This document shows, piece by piece, positions 8,947 through 19,930 of a DNA stretch of 23,690 nucleotides. The first letter of the stretch is position 1, and every line of letters begins with the position of its first letter. This DNA is from Spongospora subterranea f. sp. subterranea. Lineage: Eukaryota. The notes under the pieces are model-generated. The model had not been told where the DNA came from. It did not search any database and saw only the letters and a list, made by a program, of their open reading frames with translations. The translations under genes were made by a program, and so were the position numbers. The stretch covers positions 62,001 through 85,690 of the forward strand of contig JAUGWO010000108.1 of the NCBI GenBank assembly GCA_049724395.1, given 5' to 3'.

Positions 8947-11900
8947 AGATCTCGTGCTGGAACTGTGAATCGTTAGATTTGGAAAAACAGGATATGATTA
9001 TCTCGAGAATGGAGGCGAACCACATTGATGCGATCGTGCTGACGGAGACGTGGCTCAGAGCGCGTTAAAGACTGGCACAACCGACAGGAGAGTGGAGCAG
9101 GAAAGACGTAAAGGTGTCGGAACTCCATTCGGATGCACGGCGAGGCAAAGGGGGTATCAGTATCATTTTTCGTAGTGATTTATTTCATGATGTTTCGATT
9201 CAAGTGTGTCGTGATGGCCACTGGATCATATTCTATTCTTCACTGTTGGTTATCGCTGGATTTTATTGGCCCTCCGAGTTTATCCTTGGATGCTTTTGAG
9301 TTTGAGTTACGTTCATTGTCAACCTGCCTTTTGCAAGCGGCCGACGACTTTCCAAACCGTGTGCTGGCTGTTTTGGGAGATTTCAATGCCCATCTCGGCC
9401 CGATCACCGGGGACAGAATATCTGACGCGCGCAGCAGCGCGGTCCTGGATTTTGCAAACGACACGAAATTGCGGTTCTGAGCCGCGTGATTTTGGGCTGA
9501 ACTCTTGTCTTAGCAGATCCGACGATCGATGGACGTGGATTCACCGCGACACGCGCTCTGTTGTCGACCTGGCGCTTGTCCGGGGCACGGTTCACGCTGC
9601 AATTGCTGTCGCCCCGCCGCCGACACCGACGCCACACCAACTGGTCACGATCACAATCCCGGAGCCAGGAGTCCCGCCGGCGAAAGACCCCGAACGATGG
9701 AACTGGGCAAGAGGAGCGCTGGCGCGGGAAAGCAAACACTCTGCTGAGTGCAAGGATTTGTTGACACCGGTGCTGGGCGAACTGACCAAGTTATGGTAAC
9801 AGGTCGGCGCCGAACTGGACGATCAACTTCCCGACGACCCCGATGGTGACGATGCCACCCTGGCCGCCCAGATTCTGGTCGACGAAGCGTATTCGAGAAC
9901 CTGTTCCGAGCTCCGCGATGTACTGAACGGAATTGCCTGCTGGAGACCGACGGAAGCGAACCGCACCTTCAAGGCTCACAGGACGGCGGATTGGCGCACG
10001 ATGGACCAGATGCCGGAAGGATATGTGATCAGCAAAGTCAAGTCGCTGATGGAGTCGCTTCAAGACGGGGACGCGGACGCACAAGGAGGTAGTCGCCCTT
10101 CGCTGGCCCAATTCACCGAACACTACCGCGAGTTATTCACCCGCGATGACAATACGCCAGCCGAAGATTTTCAAGCCGCTCGTAAGCCGATGTCCTGCGT
10201 CGATCAAGGTGAGGAGCTGGCATTTTCGGCGACAAGCATCGAGGCAAGAATCTTCAAGCTGAAATGGAAGAAGGCGATCGGGCCCGATAATCTACCCGCT
10301 GACGTGTTCAAGTGCTGCCCGGAGCCATCGTCCAAGATGCTGCATGAGATGTACCGGTGCTTTTGGGCCCATCAAGCGGCGCCGACAATCTGGGGACAGG
10401 CGTTCATGCACCCGATTCCGAAGCGAGGCGAGGACTTGTCGGAAGTCGGGAATTGGAGAGGAATCGCGCTGCAGTGTCACATGAAGAAGATGTATGAGCT
10501 CTGTATCCGACAAGTTGTGTGGGAGAAGGACCTGATCCAGCACCATGTCCTGCAAACCGGTTTTCAAGCAAAAGTCGGCGCTCAGGATACCGTGAACGTG
10601 GTCGATGAGCTGACGAGTCACTATGCAAATGTGAAGAAGCGGCCGCTCACGTCAGTCCTGCTGGACATTCGCAAGGCGTACGACCGGACGGCGAGAGCTT
10701 TAATCTGGCGGAAACTGATCGCGCGAGGCTGTTCACAACACTTGATAGGGGTACTGCAATCTTTGCTGGATCGTTGCTCAATAGTGGTGTTTCTAGACGG
10801 AAAGAAGGGCGAACCGGTCCCGGCTCAAGTCGGCGTCCCGCAAGGCGATGTGCTAAGCCCGGCGATGTTCAACATCCTCGTCGATGACCTGCCGCTGAAA
10901 CTGCAAGAAGCGTGTCGCCCGTTTGGTGGGAGTCCACGGTTTGGAGGTAAGCTCATTCCCGTTGTCATGTATGCTGACGACCAGACCCTCTTCCACTGGA
11001 ATCACCAAGCCATGCAAGCGATGTTGACGGGAGTCGCCGCCCGTCAAGGCCGCCGTCGGCGTCCCGCAGGGCGACGTTCTCAGCCCAGACATGTTCAACG
11101 TCCTGGTCGATGATCTACCCGCCCGACTTCAGGAGGCATGCGGCAGCCGCGGCTGTCCATCCCTCAACCATTGGGACCAGCAGGCCATGCTGAACGCCGC
11201 CCAACAGTATGCAGAAAGCCACTTTTATTCGTACAATGTGAAAAAGTCGGCAGTCTCGCTGCCGCTTCGCTCCAGCTTTTCCACCCTCTCTCTGGCCGAT
11301 CAGCCCCTCCCCGTGACCGGAATCACGTCGCTGCTCGGCGTCAAGGTTATCAACGGCATGATCGCTCATGGCGCGCAACTCAGCGACCGCATTCGCCAGG
11401 CTGACGGAGCCCTGTTCGGAATCCAACAGCTCCAGACCTTCAAGACCTCGGCCATTTCCCTGTCAACCGAAGCCAGAATCATAGGTGCTTTCGGCCGCTC
11501 CAGCATCGAGTACGGCATGGCCATCACCGACCAGCCGCGCTCGAGGCGGTCGACCGCCTTATCTCCAAGTACTTGGGACGATGCCTCGGCTCCGACCGCG
11601 GCAACTATCTCATGCTGCGACTGGCCGGCCTGGTGCCGGCGAGGACCCGCCAGACCCAAATTCGACTGAGCTTCGAAGCCCGGATGCGAGCCTGCCACGA
11701 CACGGGACAGCCTGCTGGCAACATCCTGGAGACGATGCCCCATCAACCGACAGGCGCAAGCCACCGCCCGCCGTTTCGCTCAGGAGTACGCCCGCGCCGC
11801 CGCCAATCCGCTCAACGACCTGCCGACGCGCCCGACTCCGGCCCTCAAACAGCGATTCCAGACAGCCGCCGTTACCTCGGCCATCAGGACCGCCTCCTGG

Positions 11901-11964
11901 CACGACCATCGAGCGAGCAAGCTGATGCGCATCCAGCGCCAGGACTACAACCGTCCCCACCCGG
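8943..11964 (+). pseudogene. Non-LTR retrotransposon ORF2 (APE endonuclease + reverse transcriptase), disrupted and chimeric
   Basis: APE motifs: MKISCWNC, LTETW, GKGGISI, LGDFNAH, WTW..SVVD. RT motifs: KAIGPDNLP, NWRGIALQ, QTGF, LDIRKAYD, GVPQGDVLSP, MYADD. Stops at 9066 and 9797, several frameshifts, and a switch to a second paralog at about 11030. Confidence 0.95.
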
Positions 11965-12661
11965 CAGATCCTGGCGATCGCGAGCTCGCCAGGCTCGACG
12001 ACGTGCGGGCCGGAGAGTTGGGCGACCGGGTGGGGACGGTTGTAGTCCTGGCGCTGGATGCGCATCAGCTTGCTCGCTCGATGGTCGTGCCAGGAGGCGG
12101 TCCTGATGGCCGAGGTAACGGCGGCTGTCTGGAATCGCTGTTTGAGGGCCGGAGTCGGGCGCGTCGGCAGGTCGTTGAGCGGATTGGCGGCGGCGCGGGC
12201 GTACTCCTGAGCGAAACGGCGGCAAGGACGCGCTCGACACCGCGCGGTGGCTTGCGCCTGTCGGTTGATGGGGCATCGTCTCCAGGATGTTGCCAGCAGG
12301 CTGTCCCGTGTCGTGGCAGGCTCGCATCCGGGCTTCGAAGCTCAGTCGAATTTGGGTCTGGCGGGTCCTCGCCGGCACCAGGCCGGCCAGTCGCAGCATG
12401 AGATAGTTGCCGCGGTCGGAGCCGAGGCATCGTCCCAAGTACTTGGAGATAAGGCGGTCGACCGCCTCGAGCGCGGCTGGTCGGTGATGGCCATGCCGTA
12501 CTCGATGCGGGAGCGGCTGAAAGCACCTATGATTCTGGCTTCGGTTGACAGGGAAATGGCCGAGGTCTTGAAGGTCTGGAGCTGTTGGATTCCGAACAAG
12601 GCTCCGTCAGCCTGGCGAATGCGGTCGCTGAGTTGCGCGCCATGAGCGATCATGCCGTTGA
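11350..12661. repeat. Near-perfect palindrome of LINE ORF2 3' region (arms 11350-11964 and 12026-12661)
   Basis: Arms are reverse complements except for a few substitutions and a ~21-bp indel (GASHRPPF vs GASHRAVSSASLPPF). Confidence 0.97.
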
Positions 12662-14981
12662 GTGAGGTCCCCTGTCGCAGCTTCATCTGAACTGGGCTCG
12701 TCCTCTGCAGGTTGCAATGTTTCGGGCTCTGAGCCGCTTCCAGGGTGTGGGCCGTCGGCCTGGGTTTGTTCGGGTCGTGCGATGGGCGCCTCCACAGCCG
12801 CCGTTCAGCCCCCTCGTGATCGCGACCTCCTCGAAGTCTTCAGCGCCCTCGACTGGCTCCTTGTCAGGCCGACGTTGTGAGTCGACGCTGTCTCTCGATA
12901 CGAAGCACTTCCTGGACTCCATATCCTCAAACACAGCCGCCTTCATGCCGCTGGCATAGCCCAGGAACCGACAGGGCCGCGCCTTTACGTCCAGCTTCCC
13001 GCGCTTCTGATCGGGGATGTGGACCATACACCGAGCACCAAATTTTGGCATGTCCTTCAGATCAGGTTTTTCGCCGTACAGGACCTCGAACGGGCTCTGA
13101 AGGTTCGCGTTTGCGCGCGTCGGTGTTCGGTTTCTGATATACGCTGCCATTAGGACCGCGAACTCCCAATACTGGTGTGGAAGCCGGGCCTCCAGCAACA
13201 GGCATCTTGCCATCTCCATGATGGTCCTGTTCGCCCGCTCCGCCTTCCCGTTCTGTTGCGGTGTGTTTGGGGCCGAGTGCTGCCAGGCGATCCCCTTGCT
13301 CCTCAAATACGTCTGGAACTCCCCGTCGGAATATTCGCCGCCCCCGTCCGACCGAAGGACCTTGGGATGTCGACACCGAACTGTCGCTTCATTGTGGCCT
13401 CATATTCCTTAAACTTGAGCTTCTGCTCCGATTTCAGCTTCATGCACGTAACGTAAGTCCAGTTCGACCGCCCGTCCACGTACATCGCCATGTAGGTGTT
13501 GCCTTGTATCGACGTGGTTCTCATTGGGCCGCACAGGTCGCTGTGAACGACGGTGCCAGCCTCGGCTGGCTGCCGCTCCGATTTCTTGGGGATCGGTGCC
13601 CTCGCCATCTTCCCCTCGAGGCACAATTCGCATCTTCGCTGCGCATCCACACTCCCGGTCATCTTTGGGATGATTCCGGTTTTCGACATTAGGGTCAGCG
13701 TGTTCAAGTTGACGTGTCCATATCGACGGTGAAGATCTTCTGTGCTGCGCCCGCCCGACGGGACACCCTTCGCCGCCAGGGCAGTCTCCTGATCGGCGGG
13801 CCGTTGGCGAGACCGATCCGCAGGCGGAACACGCCCTCTTTCTTAGGGACGTCGAAAACAGCTTCCCCGTTGACCGAGATCGTGCATCTGTCCTTGGTGA
13901 AGACCACCTCGGCACCACCGGTATCGCACGCCTTTCCTATGGAAAACAGATTCTCACTAAGACCTGGGACGTACAGGACGTTTTGTAGTTTGACGCCGTT
14001 TCGAAGCTGCACCGTCCCTCTGTGTGTTGCGGTCACTCCGTGTCCATCGCCGAGTGTTACGGTTGAGGCTTGGTCCAGGCGCTCGGCATCTGTCAGGATA
14101 CCGACGTCCGTAACCATATGGGAAGAGGCGCCACTATCGAACAGCCAGCTGTGAGTACTGCAGCTCTGGTCCGCTGAGATCGCCGAAAACAGGAACTCCT
14201 GGGTCGCTGCCCTCCTGGCCGACTCGTTTGGCGAGGACACAGGCTTCTGCCGACAGTCTCGAGCCCAGTGGCCCGCCTTTCCGCATGCGTGACAGTTTCC
14301 CTTCCGGTTCCCCTTGCCTCTCGACTTGTTCGAGTTCGGCATGCCGCGCCTTCCTGTGGCCGGCATCGCCATCTGCAGCTGGGACGAAGACGAAACACCG
14401 GTCACCATTTTGTGGCGTTTCTCTGTATCGACCAACACGTCCATGACCTTCTTCCTTGACATCGCGACCGAGTTCTGCATCATCACCTCTACGGTCGCCA
14501 CATAACGGGGGTCGTGCTGGACCGACAGGCACGCCGTCGTCATGAAGTCCATGTCTCCGACCTTGGTCCCCGTCGCTGCGTCCAACCGCCGCACTGCCTC
14601 CATTAGTATCTCCAGGTGCTTGATTATGGGCTCGTCCTCGCCTAGCTTCTTTGTTCGGTACTCCATTGAGTAGCGGAAGGCCGCCCGAGCGTTCTGGGCG
14701 CGGTGTGTGTCCTTCAGGGCCGCCCACGCGTCTCTTGCTGTTGTGCAGTCGTAGATGTGAGGATACTGGTCCTCGGATAGGGCCTGAATCAGGACCGAGA
14801 AACACGCCGCCTCGACGTTCGCCGACGCCCCCTTCAGTAGGGCCTCATGTAGCCCCAGCTGGCGTAGGTGTGCTGTGAATGCAAATTCGAACTGGGTCCA
14901 GTTCCCGTCGTTTAGCTTCGTTCCACGGAATGCAGACATCTTGACCTTGCGCGATACGTCGGCAGGCGTAACTGGGCCCAT
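12662..14981 (-). pseudogene. copia gag-protease-integrase polyprotein, two frameshifts, truncated
   Basis: KLNDGNW; zinc knuckle CHACGKAGHWARDC; protease WLFDSGASSHM; HRRYGH..CELCLEGK; VHSDLCGP; LRSDGGGEY; TPQQNGKAERANRT; GKLD. Frameshifts near 13790 and 13365. Confidence 0.95.
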
Positions 14982-14985
14982 AACC
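14971..14985 (-). promoter_or_regulatory. Primer-binding site GGTTATGGGCCCAGT (internal/half tRNA-iMet type)
   Basis: Directly follows the LTR-terminal CA and matches the Drosophila copia-type PBS GGTTATGGGCCCAG. Confidence 0.88.
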
Positions 14986-15518
14986 TGATGGGGAGTTTGC
15001 ACATCGCTGGTCGTTGCGGCCGGTCGGAGAGGCTGCCTCCGTGATTCCACCAGTTTCTGTCATTATGTCAGCAGGCTGATTAGAACTCAGATTGTGTATT
15101 AGGACAGCACAAGAGATCATCAGACCGGGGATTCGGGTCTCAGAGTCAGGGAGGAAACGCATCGCCCTTAACGATTACAGGGTGGGGTACAGATTGATCG
15201 AAAATTGATCGAAACTATGCGCAGCCCGTCTATGGATACACTGAGCAAAACACTGCCATACATTGTACAATTGATCGACAATTGATCGAGATCGAAAATT
15301 GATCGATACTGTGGGCAGCCCGTCTTTGGATGCACTGGGTTTGTATATATTCTGTGCGACTGACCGATGATGGAATTTGATCGAGGACGTGATTTTCGGC
15401 TAATTTTCCCACGACTGGTGTGCTTGTCGAGTTTGCTGAGAGTATTAGGATTTTTGAAATCATCAACGGCTGGCTACGGCTTCAACTTGCCAGACTCATC
15501 AGTCAATTATACATTTAT

Positions 15519-15830
15519 TTAACAGCACATATCTTGGATCATCCATAACCGCAAGAACGGGATGTTCTCCGGTTTCACAAAGTCCATGGTGCCACCACTG
15601 AAAATGCTGTGCAGCCACATCAAGACGTATACGCCGCAACTCGAAGTATCTCTCTGCGTCTTACAGAAAACTTCAATCGTTCCGTTGTTTAGATTGGAAA
15701 AAAAATGGCGTATATTTTGATCAAAGATCTGAGTGATCCGCCTCAAGTTCTGATCAAGACCCAGTGGATCATACACCAGGACTTGCCTGCCGACAACCGC
15801 ACACCCGACCCAGTGTGAATTGTCAAGCTA
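15519..15830 (-). pseudogene. Ulp1/C48 SUMO-protease catalytic fragment
   Basis: DNSHWVGCAVVGRQVLVYDPLG..TQRDTSSCGVYVL retains His, Asp, Gln and Cys; the upstream part is frameshifted or deleted. Confidence 0.82.
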
Positions 15831-15909
15831 TATTACAATGTTTAAGTGTGGATATTAATGCTGAGACGTCTTACATTTAGCGGGATCAAATACAATTTCC
15901 GCTGAGGTT

Positions 15910-16330
15910 TAAAGTGTGCAGCTTCGTGTTTTTGTTAAAACTTTCAAAATGCTGTCGGAAAGCGGGGAAATTAATTCCTGACTAATCCTCGTCCAAATCG
16001 CTCCCGCTGACAGCGTCCGATTGAGCGACAGCTCATCGGCCATGTTAGACATCTGAATACAAAGTCAATATGTACATCACAATTTACATGGTGTCAACCT
16101 GTTGTCGTATATCTATTGCTTGTGCAGAGATCTGCCGTTCGCACGTATGCTCAGAAGGGCCTAGAATTGTCCCATCGTCTAACACAGTTTGAGTAGAATG
16201 GCATCCTTCGGCTCGCAAAGATGTTGCCCGGTACTTTTTGCATCTATAGTAAACAGCGATTTCATTCTTGGCCGAACCACTCCAGGTGAAAAGTTGACCA
16301 TCAACAGTCAATGGAGGGTGTCGACCCACC
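15910..16330 (-). pseudogene. MULE transposase N-terminus (FLYWCH/WRKY-type zinc finger), with a 46-nt intron; DDE core deleted
   Basis: LTVDGQLFTW..VYYRCKKYR..GCHS..SEHTC. Removing a GT..AG intron at 16098-16053 joins IDIRQQ in frame to MSNMADELSLNRTLSAGAIW. Confidence 0.7.
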
Positions 16331-16622
16331 ATTGATATTGAAATTCCAATCTGAGGGTTCCCACGCGAACACATTGATGTACCTCCACATGTTACAAGTG
16401 TATATTTAAGTTGGCTGCGCGCAGTATCGATCAATTTTCGATCTCGATCAATTTTCGATCAATTGTACCATGTATGACAGTGTTTTGCTCAGTGTATCCA
16501 TAAACGGGCTGCGCACAGTTTCGATCAATTTTCGATCTCGATCAATTTTCGATCAAAATGTATTCCTCCGATTACAGCTCGGCATGTAGCCAGTTGCAGC
16601 GCGTCAGTCATCAGTTTCAACA

Positions 16623-17290
16623 CAGCATGGCCTGCATGGCCTGCTGGTCCCAATGAAATTGTGTCTGGTCGTCGGCGTACATGATGCAGGCCCAAAAGCA
16701 CCGGTACATCTCATGCAGCATCTTGGACGATGGCTCCGGGCAGCACTTGAATACGTCAGCGGGTAGATTATCGGGCCCGATCGCCTTCTTCCATTTCAGC
16801 TTGAAGATTCTTGCCTCGATGCTTGTCGCCGAAAATGCCAGCTCCTCACCTTGATCGACGCAGGACATCGGCTTACGAGCGGCTTGAAAATCTTCGGCTG
16901 GCGTATCGTCAGCGCGGGTGAATAACTCGCGGTAGTGTTCGGTGAATTGGGCCAGCGAAGGGCGACTACCTCCTTGTGCGTCCGCGTCCCCGTCTTGAAG
17001 CGACTCCATCAGCGACTTGACTTTGCTGATCACATATCCGTCCGGCATCTGGTCCATCGTGCGCCAATCCGCCGTCCTGTGAGCCTTGAAGGTGCGGTTC
17101 GCTTCCGTCGGTCTCCAGCAGGGAACAGGTTCTCGAATACGCTTCGTCGACCAGAATCTGGGCGGCCAGGGTGGCATCGTCACCATCGGGGTCGTCGGGA
17201 AGTTGATCGTCCAGTTCGGCGCCGACCTGTTGCCATAACTTGGTCAGTTCGCCCAGTACCGGTGCCAGCAGGTCCTTGCAATCAGCAGTC
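16623..17290 (-). pseudogene. Inverted copy of LINE ORF2 (9741-10370 equivalent), jumping to a YADD segment; distal part of the foldback right arm
   Basis: Nearly identical reverse complement of about 9780-10370 with a ~29-bp deletion; ends MYADDQTQFHWDQQAMQAML at the copia LTR. Confidence 0.95.
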
Positions 17291-17522
17291 GAGCGCGTTG
17301 TCGGTGGTCGTCGCTTGGCGCTGGGCCATGTCGTGGTCGAATTCGGGGCCGATAAGGTCGGAGACGCGGCTGCAGCGGGCGATATGGTATCTGGAGACGG
17401 GAACTGGCCGTTGCATTGCGGGCGCCCCGCTGGCGGTGGGCAACTTGTCGTCGACTCGGGCGTGCGTCTTGGTCGTTTCCGGGTGTGGTGCGAGATCTGG
17501 ATGCGGTTGGCCGATATGGTGA
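17291..17522 (-). mobile_element. Fragment of the LINE 3' Pro-rich region
   Basis: 17429-17522 is a diverged direct copy of 20451-20545. Confidence 0.7.
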
Positions 17523-17558
17523 ATTCACTTCCCTAAAACCAATCCACTTCCCTAAAAC

Positions 17559-18495
17559 CAATGTTGGGTTAAAAACCCTTATGTTCACAGTTCACTTGAC
17601 CATCAGTATATTCATCTTTTCGCCGTTCTTTTTTTAAACTCTACACCATGAAACAAAAGCACTGCCCGAGTCATTTTTGACAGACAATTGCTCAGACGCG
17701 CCCGCCCAAAAAGGCAAATGTGATCAACAAAATTCCGATAACCAGATCGTGAGATGTTAAACTGTTCATGAATCATACACTTATTCAATGACACACAACC
17801 TGTAATATTACAGTTGCTGTCGCTTTTCAGCCAGCACCAGGCTGTGTTTGGTCTCCACGCCGACCTGCATCTCACCCCTCACGATGCATCTCCGGAGGAT
17901 TTTTGGATAGCTGACGAGGATGACAGCCGGGCCACTCCCCGATTGCACATGCTGCCATCCTCGTATGCAGTTGTCTGCAATTAAGAGGAGGTCCAACCAT
18001 TGGCAAATTTTTGCGGAGGACCAAGACCCCTGCCAAACCGATCACTGTTGCGCCGCTCTCTGCCGAATTCTGTACCATATTGGATGCAAAGCATGAGCTT
18101 CTTCATGCGGATATCAGTCAGAAAATCTTCGACAGAGAGCGGCAACAGGTGATCGGTGGGAGGATTCTTGGTCCTCCCAAAAGTTTGCCAGTCGTTAAGA
18201 CCTTTTCCGTAATTGCAGACACCTGCATACGAGGATGGCAGCATGTGCCGACCTGGCGTCGGCTGTCATCCTCGTCATGAGAGGCCAAAACATCCTCCGG
18301 CTTGCACCGTTCAGGGGTGAGATGCAGGTCGGCGTGGAGACCAACGTCAGGTCACTCGCGTTTGAGCAATTGTCTGTCAAAAATGACGGGCAGTGCTTTT
18401 GTTTTATGGTGTAGAGTTTAAAAAGAGAACGGCGAAAAGATGAATATACTGATGGTCAAATGAACTGCGAACATAACGGTTTTTACCCAACATTG
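17559..18495. repeat. Imperfect foldback of an unknown gene/repeat family (arms 17559-18067 and 18128-18495)
   Basis: Reverse-complement arms; the right arm lacks the equivalent of about 17700-17845. Confidence 0.9.
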
Positions 18496-18608
18496 AAAAG
18501 CAAAGTGAAAAAATTGTATGGAATAACAAGGTGATGCAAATAACATCAGTGTTCTGGTAACTTATTAGTAAAGGGGGAGAAAACGATCTGAATGTGAAAA
18601 CACGGGAA

Positions 18609-18824
18609 TCAAAACGCGAAAAGGATATAAGTGTTGGGACAAACCAACGTCCAACCTGAACTCAGGAACACGAAGCAGGATCGCACGATAGCTCGCGTCC
18701 AGGTGCGCGTCGCAGGGTGCAGCGCCTGCAGCTCGGACGCCAACCACTGCCAGCATGGCCGGTTGCGTTGGGCATACAACCGTAAGAGATCCTGGTCGTC
18801 AGTTAAAGACAATGACGGTGACAT
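18609..18824 (-). CDS. Possible Myb/SANT-like domain exon
   Basis: MSPSLSLTDDQDLLRLYAQRNRPCWQWLASELQALHPATRTWTRAIVRSCF resembles the Myb pattern EDxxLxxLxxxxxxxxWxxIAxxL..R..T. Confidence 0.45.
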   Translation of the reverse strand: MSPSLSLTDDQDLLRLYAQRNRPCWQWLASELQALHPATRTWTRAIVRSCFVFLSSGWTLVCPNTYILFAF

Positions 18825-18974
18825 TAGTGGATATCAAATGTCGACGACGGAGTTAAAATAATGCGGATTGCCAAGTACAGTCTGTACAGATTAGGTATTT
18901 ACAGTCCCAGTTAACTCAACACCTTTGAGAGGGCGTCACTGTACGCCACTGCGTTCTCGTGAAAAAAATCTGCC

Positions 18975-19853
18975 CGGGCCCAGATCCTGGCGAGCTCGCG
19001 ATCGCCAGGTCCAGCCCCCAGCCCTCGACATCGCACTCCGACGGAAGGTCGAGGCCATGGCCCTGGCCATCTGCAAGATGAGAGCGCTGTGCTGCTCAAA
19101 GGACCGCCTCCATGGCCAACCCGATCCGCAAGCCGAACCAGCCCGCCAACCCGACCCCAGTTCCCAGGTTTCCGACGCCAATTTCCGGTCTATAACTGAC
19201 CTGCCTGCCCTCGTCGCTCACCACACAAACATCCGCCTAGTATGCAGCGAAGCAACCCGGCTGGTCGTCACCATGTCGGCCGACCGCACCCGGATCTCGC
19301 TGCAAACACGGAAGCCCGCCCGCGACGACCACTCGATTCGACGGCCAGCCGCCCGGCACCATCGCACCAGCCTGCGGCCGCGCCACCACTGTCTACCACG
19401 CAACCTTCCACTACCGCCGAACTACCCTACACTGCCGCGCAACCACCCGTGGCCAGCCGCCCGCCAGTCAAGGCAACCGCACCTCAGCCAACCCGACGCA
19501 GGAAAGCCCAACCGCTTTTCTCCTCCAGAACGTGCGCCGGCCGCAGCCCAGTGTACCCATCACGGTCGATCGACTCCGTGGCGCCGTTAACGATGCTTGT
19601 CGCGGCTCGCGCCCCGACGTCGACGGCGCTGCCGAGAATCCATCCTCTGGAGCCCCACAAGGTACCACCAGATAGGTGATCGTCGTGGCTACACGACGAT
19701 CCCGGTTTCGTGACTGGCAGACATCTGCGGACGTCGCTAACGTGGCAGAACATCCAAATCCGTGAATAGGCCGCTAATGGCTCAGTTTATGCAATTTGAA
19801 CGCTGGAGTTAGCGTTGAACATCATAATAAAGAACATAAGCACCTAAAAGCCC
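18975..19853 (+). mobile_element. LINE 3' end (ORF2 C-terminus ending KVPPDR* at 19679, 3' UTR with AATAAA at 19826)
   Basis: Starts with the cctggcgagctcgcgatcgccagg motif also present at the LINE foldback apex; Pro-rich tail; polyadenylation-like signal. Confidence 0.7.
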
Positions 19854-19930
19854 GATGTTAGGATATACGGGCGTCGCGGCCAACGGGCAGACGAATTCAT
19901 GTTGTCGATGAATCCCTCGCGACCAAGAAA

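Larger units (their letters stand above)
6142..11964 (+). mobile_element. Decayed LINE-type (APE) retrotransposon
   Basis: ORF1-ORF2 organisation with ATGA overlap; 5' boundary uncertain; 3' end replaced by a foldback. Confidence 0.85.
15181..16569 (-). mobile_element. Non-autonomous Mutator-like (MULE) DNA transposon, 1389 bp
   Basis: TIRs about 15181-15320 and 16413-16569 beginning GG, rich in attgatcga motifs. Direct repeat gattacag at 15173-15180 and 16570-16577 (TSD). Internal FLYWCH-type and Ulp1 remnants. Confidence 0.88.
12662..16622 (-). mobile_element. Ty1/copia LTR retrotransposon, 3'-truncated (no RT/RNase H or 3' LTR), 5' LTR split by a MULE
   Basis: Gag-PR-IN order; PBS at 14971-14985; LTR starts TGTTG (16622) and ends CATCA (14986) on the minus strand. 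Confidence 0.93.
14986..16622 (-). repeat. copia 5' LTR, about 240 bp when reconstructed (14986-15180 plus 16578-16622)
   Basis: TG...CA termini (TGTTG/CATCA). LINE homology resumes exactly at 16623, and the intervening MULE is bounded by a TSD. Confidence 0.8.

Noticed and set aside
11366..12645. Many overlapping long ORFs in the GC-rich palindrome (similarly 18925-20777)
   Set aside because: These are shadow or frameshifted frames of decayed LINE sequence in GC-rich DNA.
11350..12661. Pure amplification or assembly chimera
   Set aside because: The arms have private substitutions and indels, and one arm carries nested insertions. Unlikely, though not fully excluded without native reads.
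9741..17290. RIP-type C>T hypermutation of duplicated arms
   Set aside because: The few differences include transversions; there is one CAA>TAA but no systematic bias.
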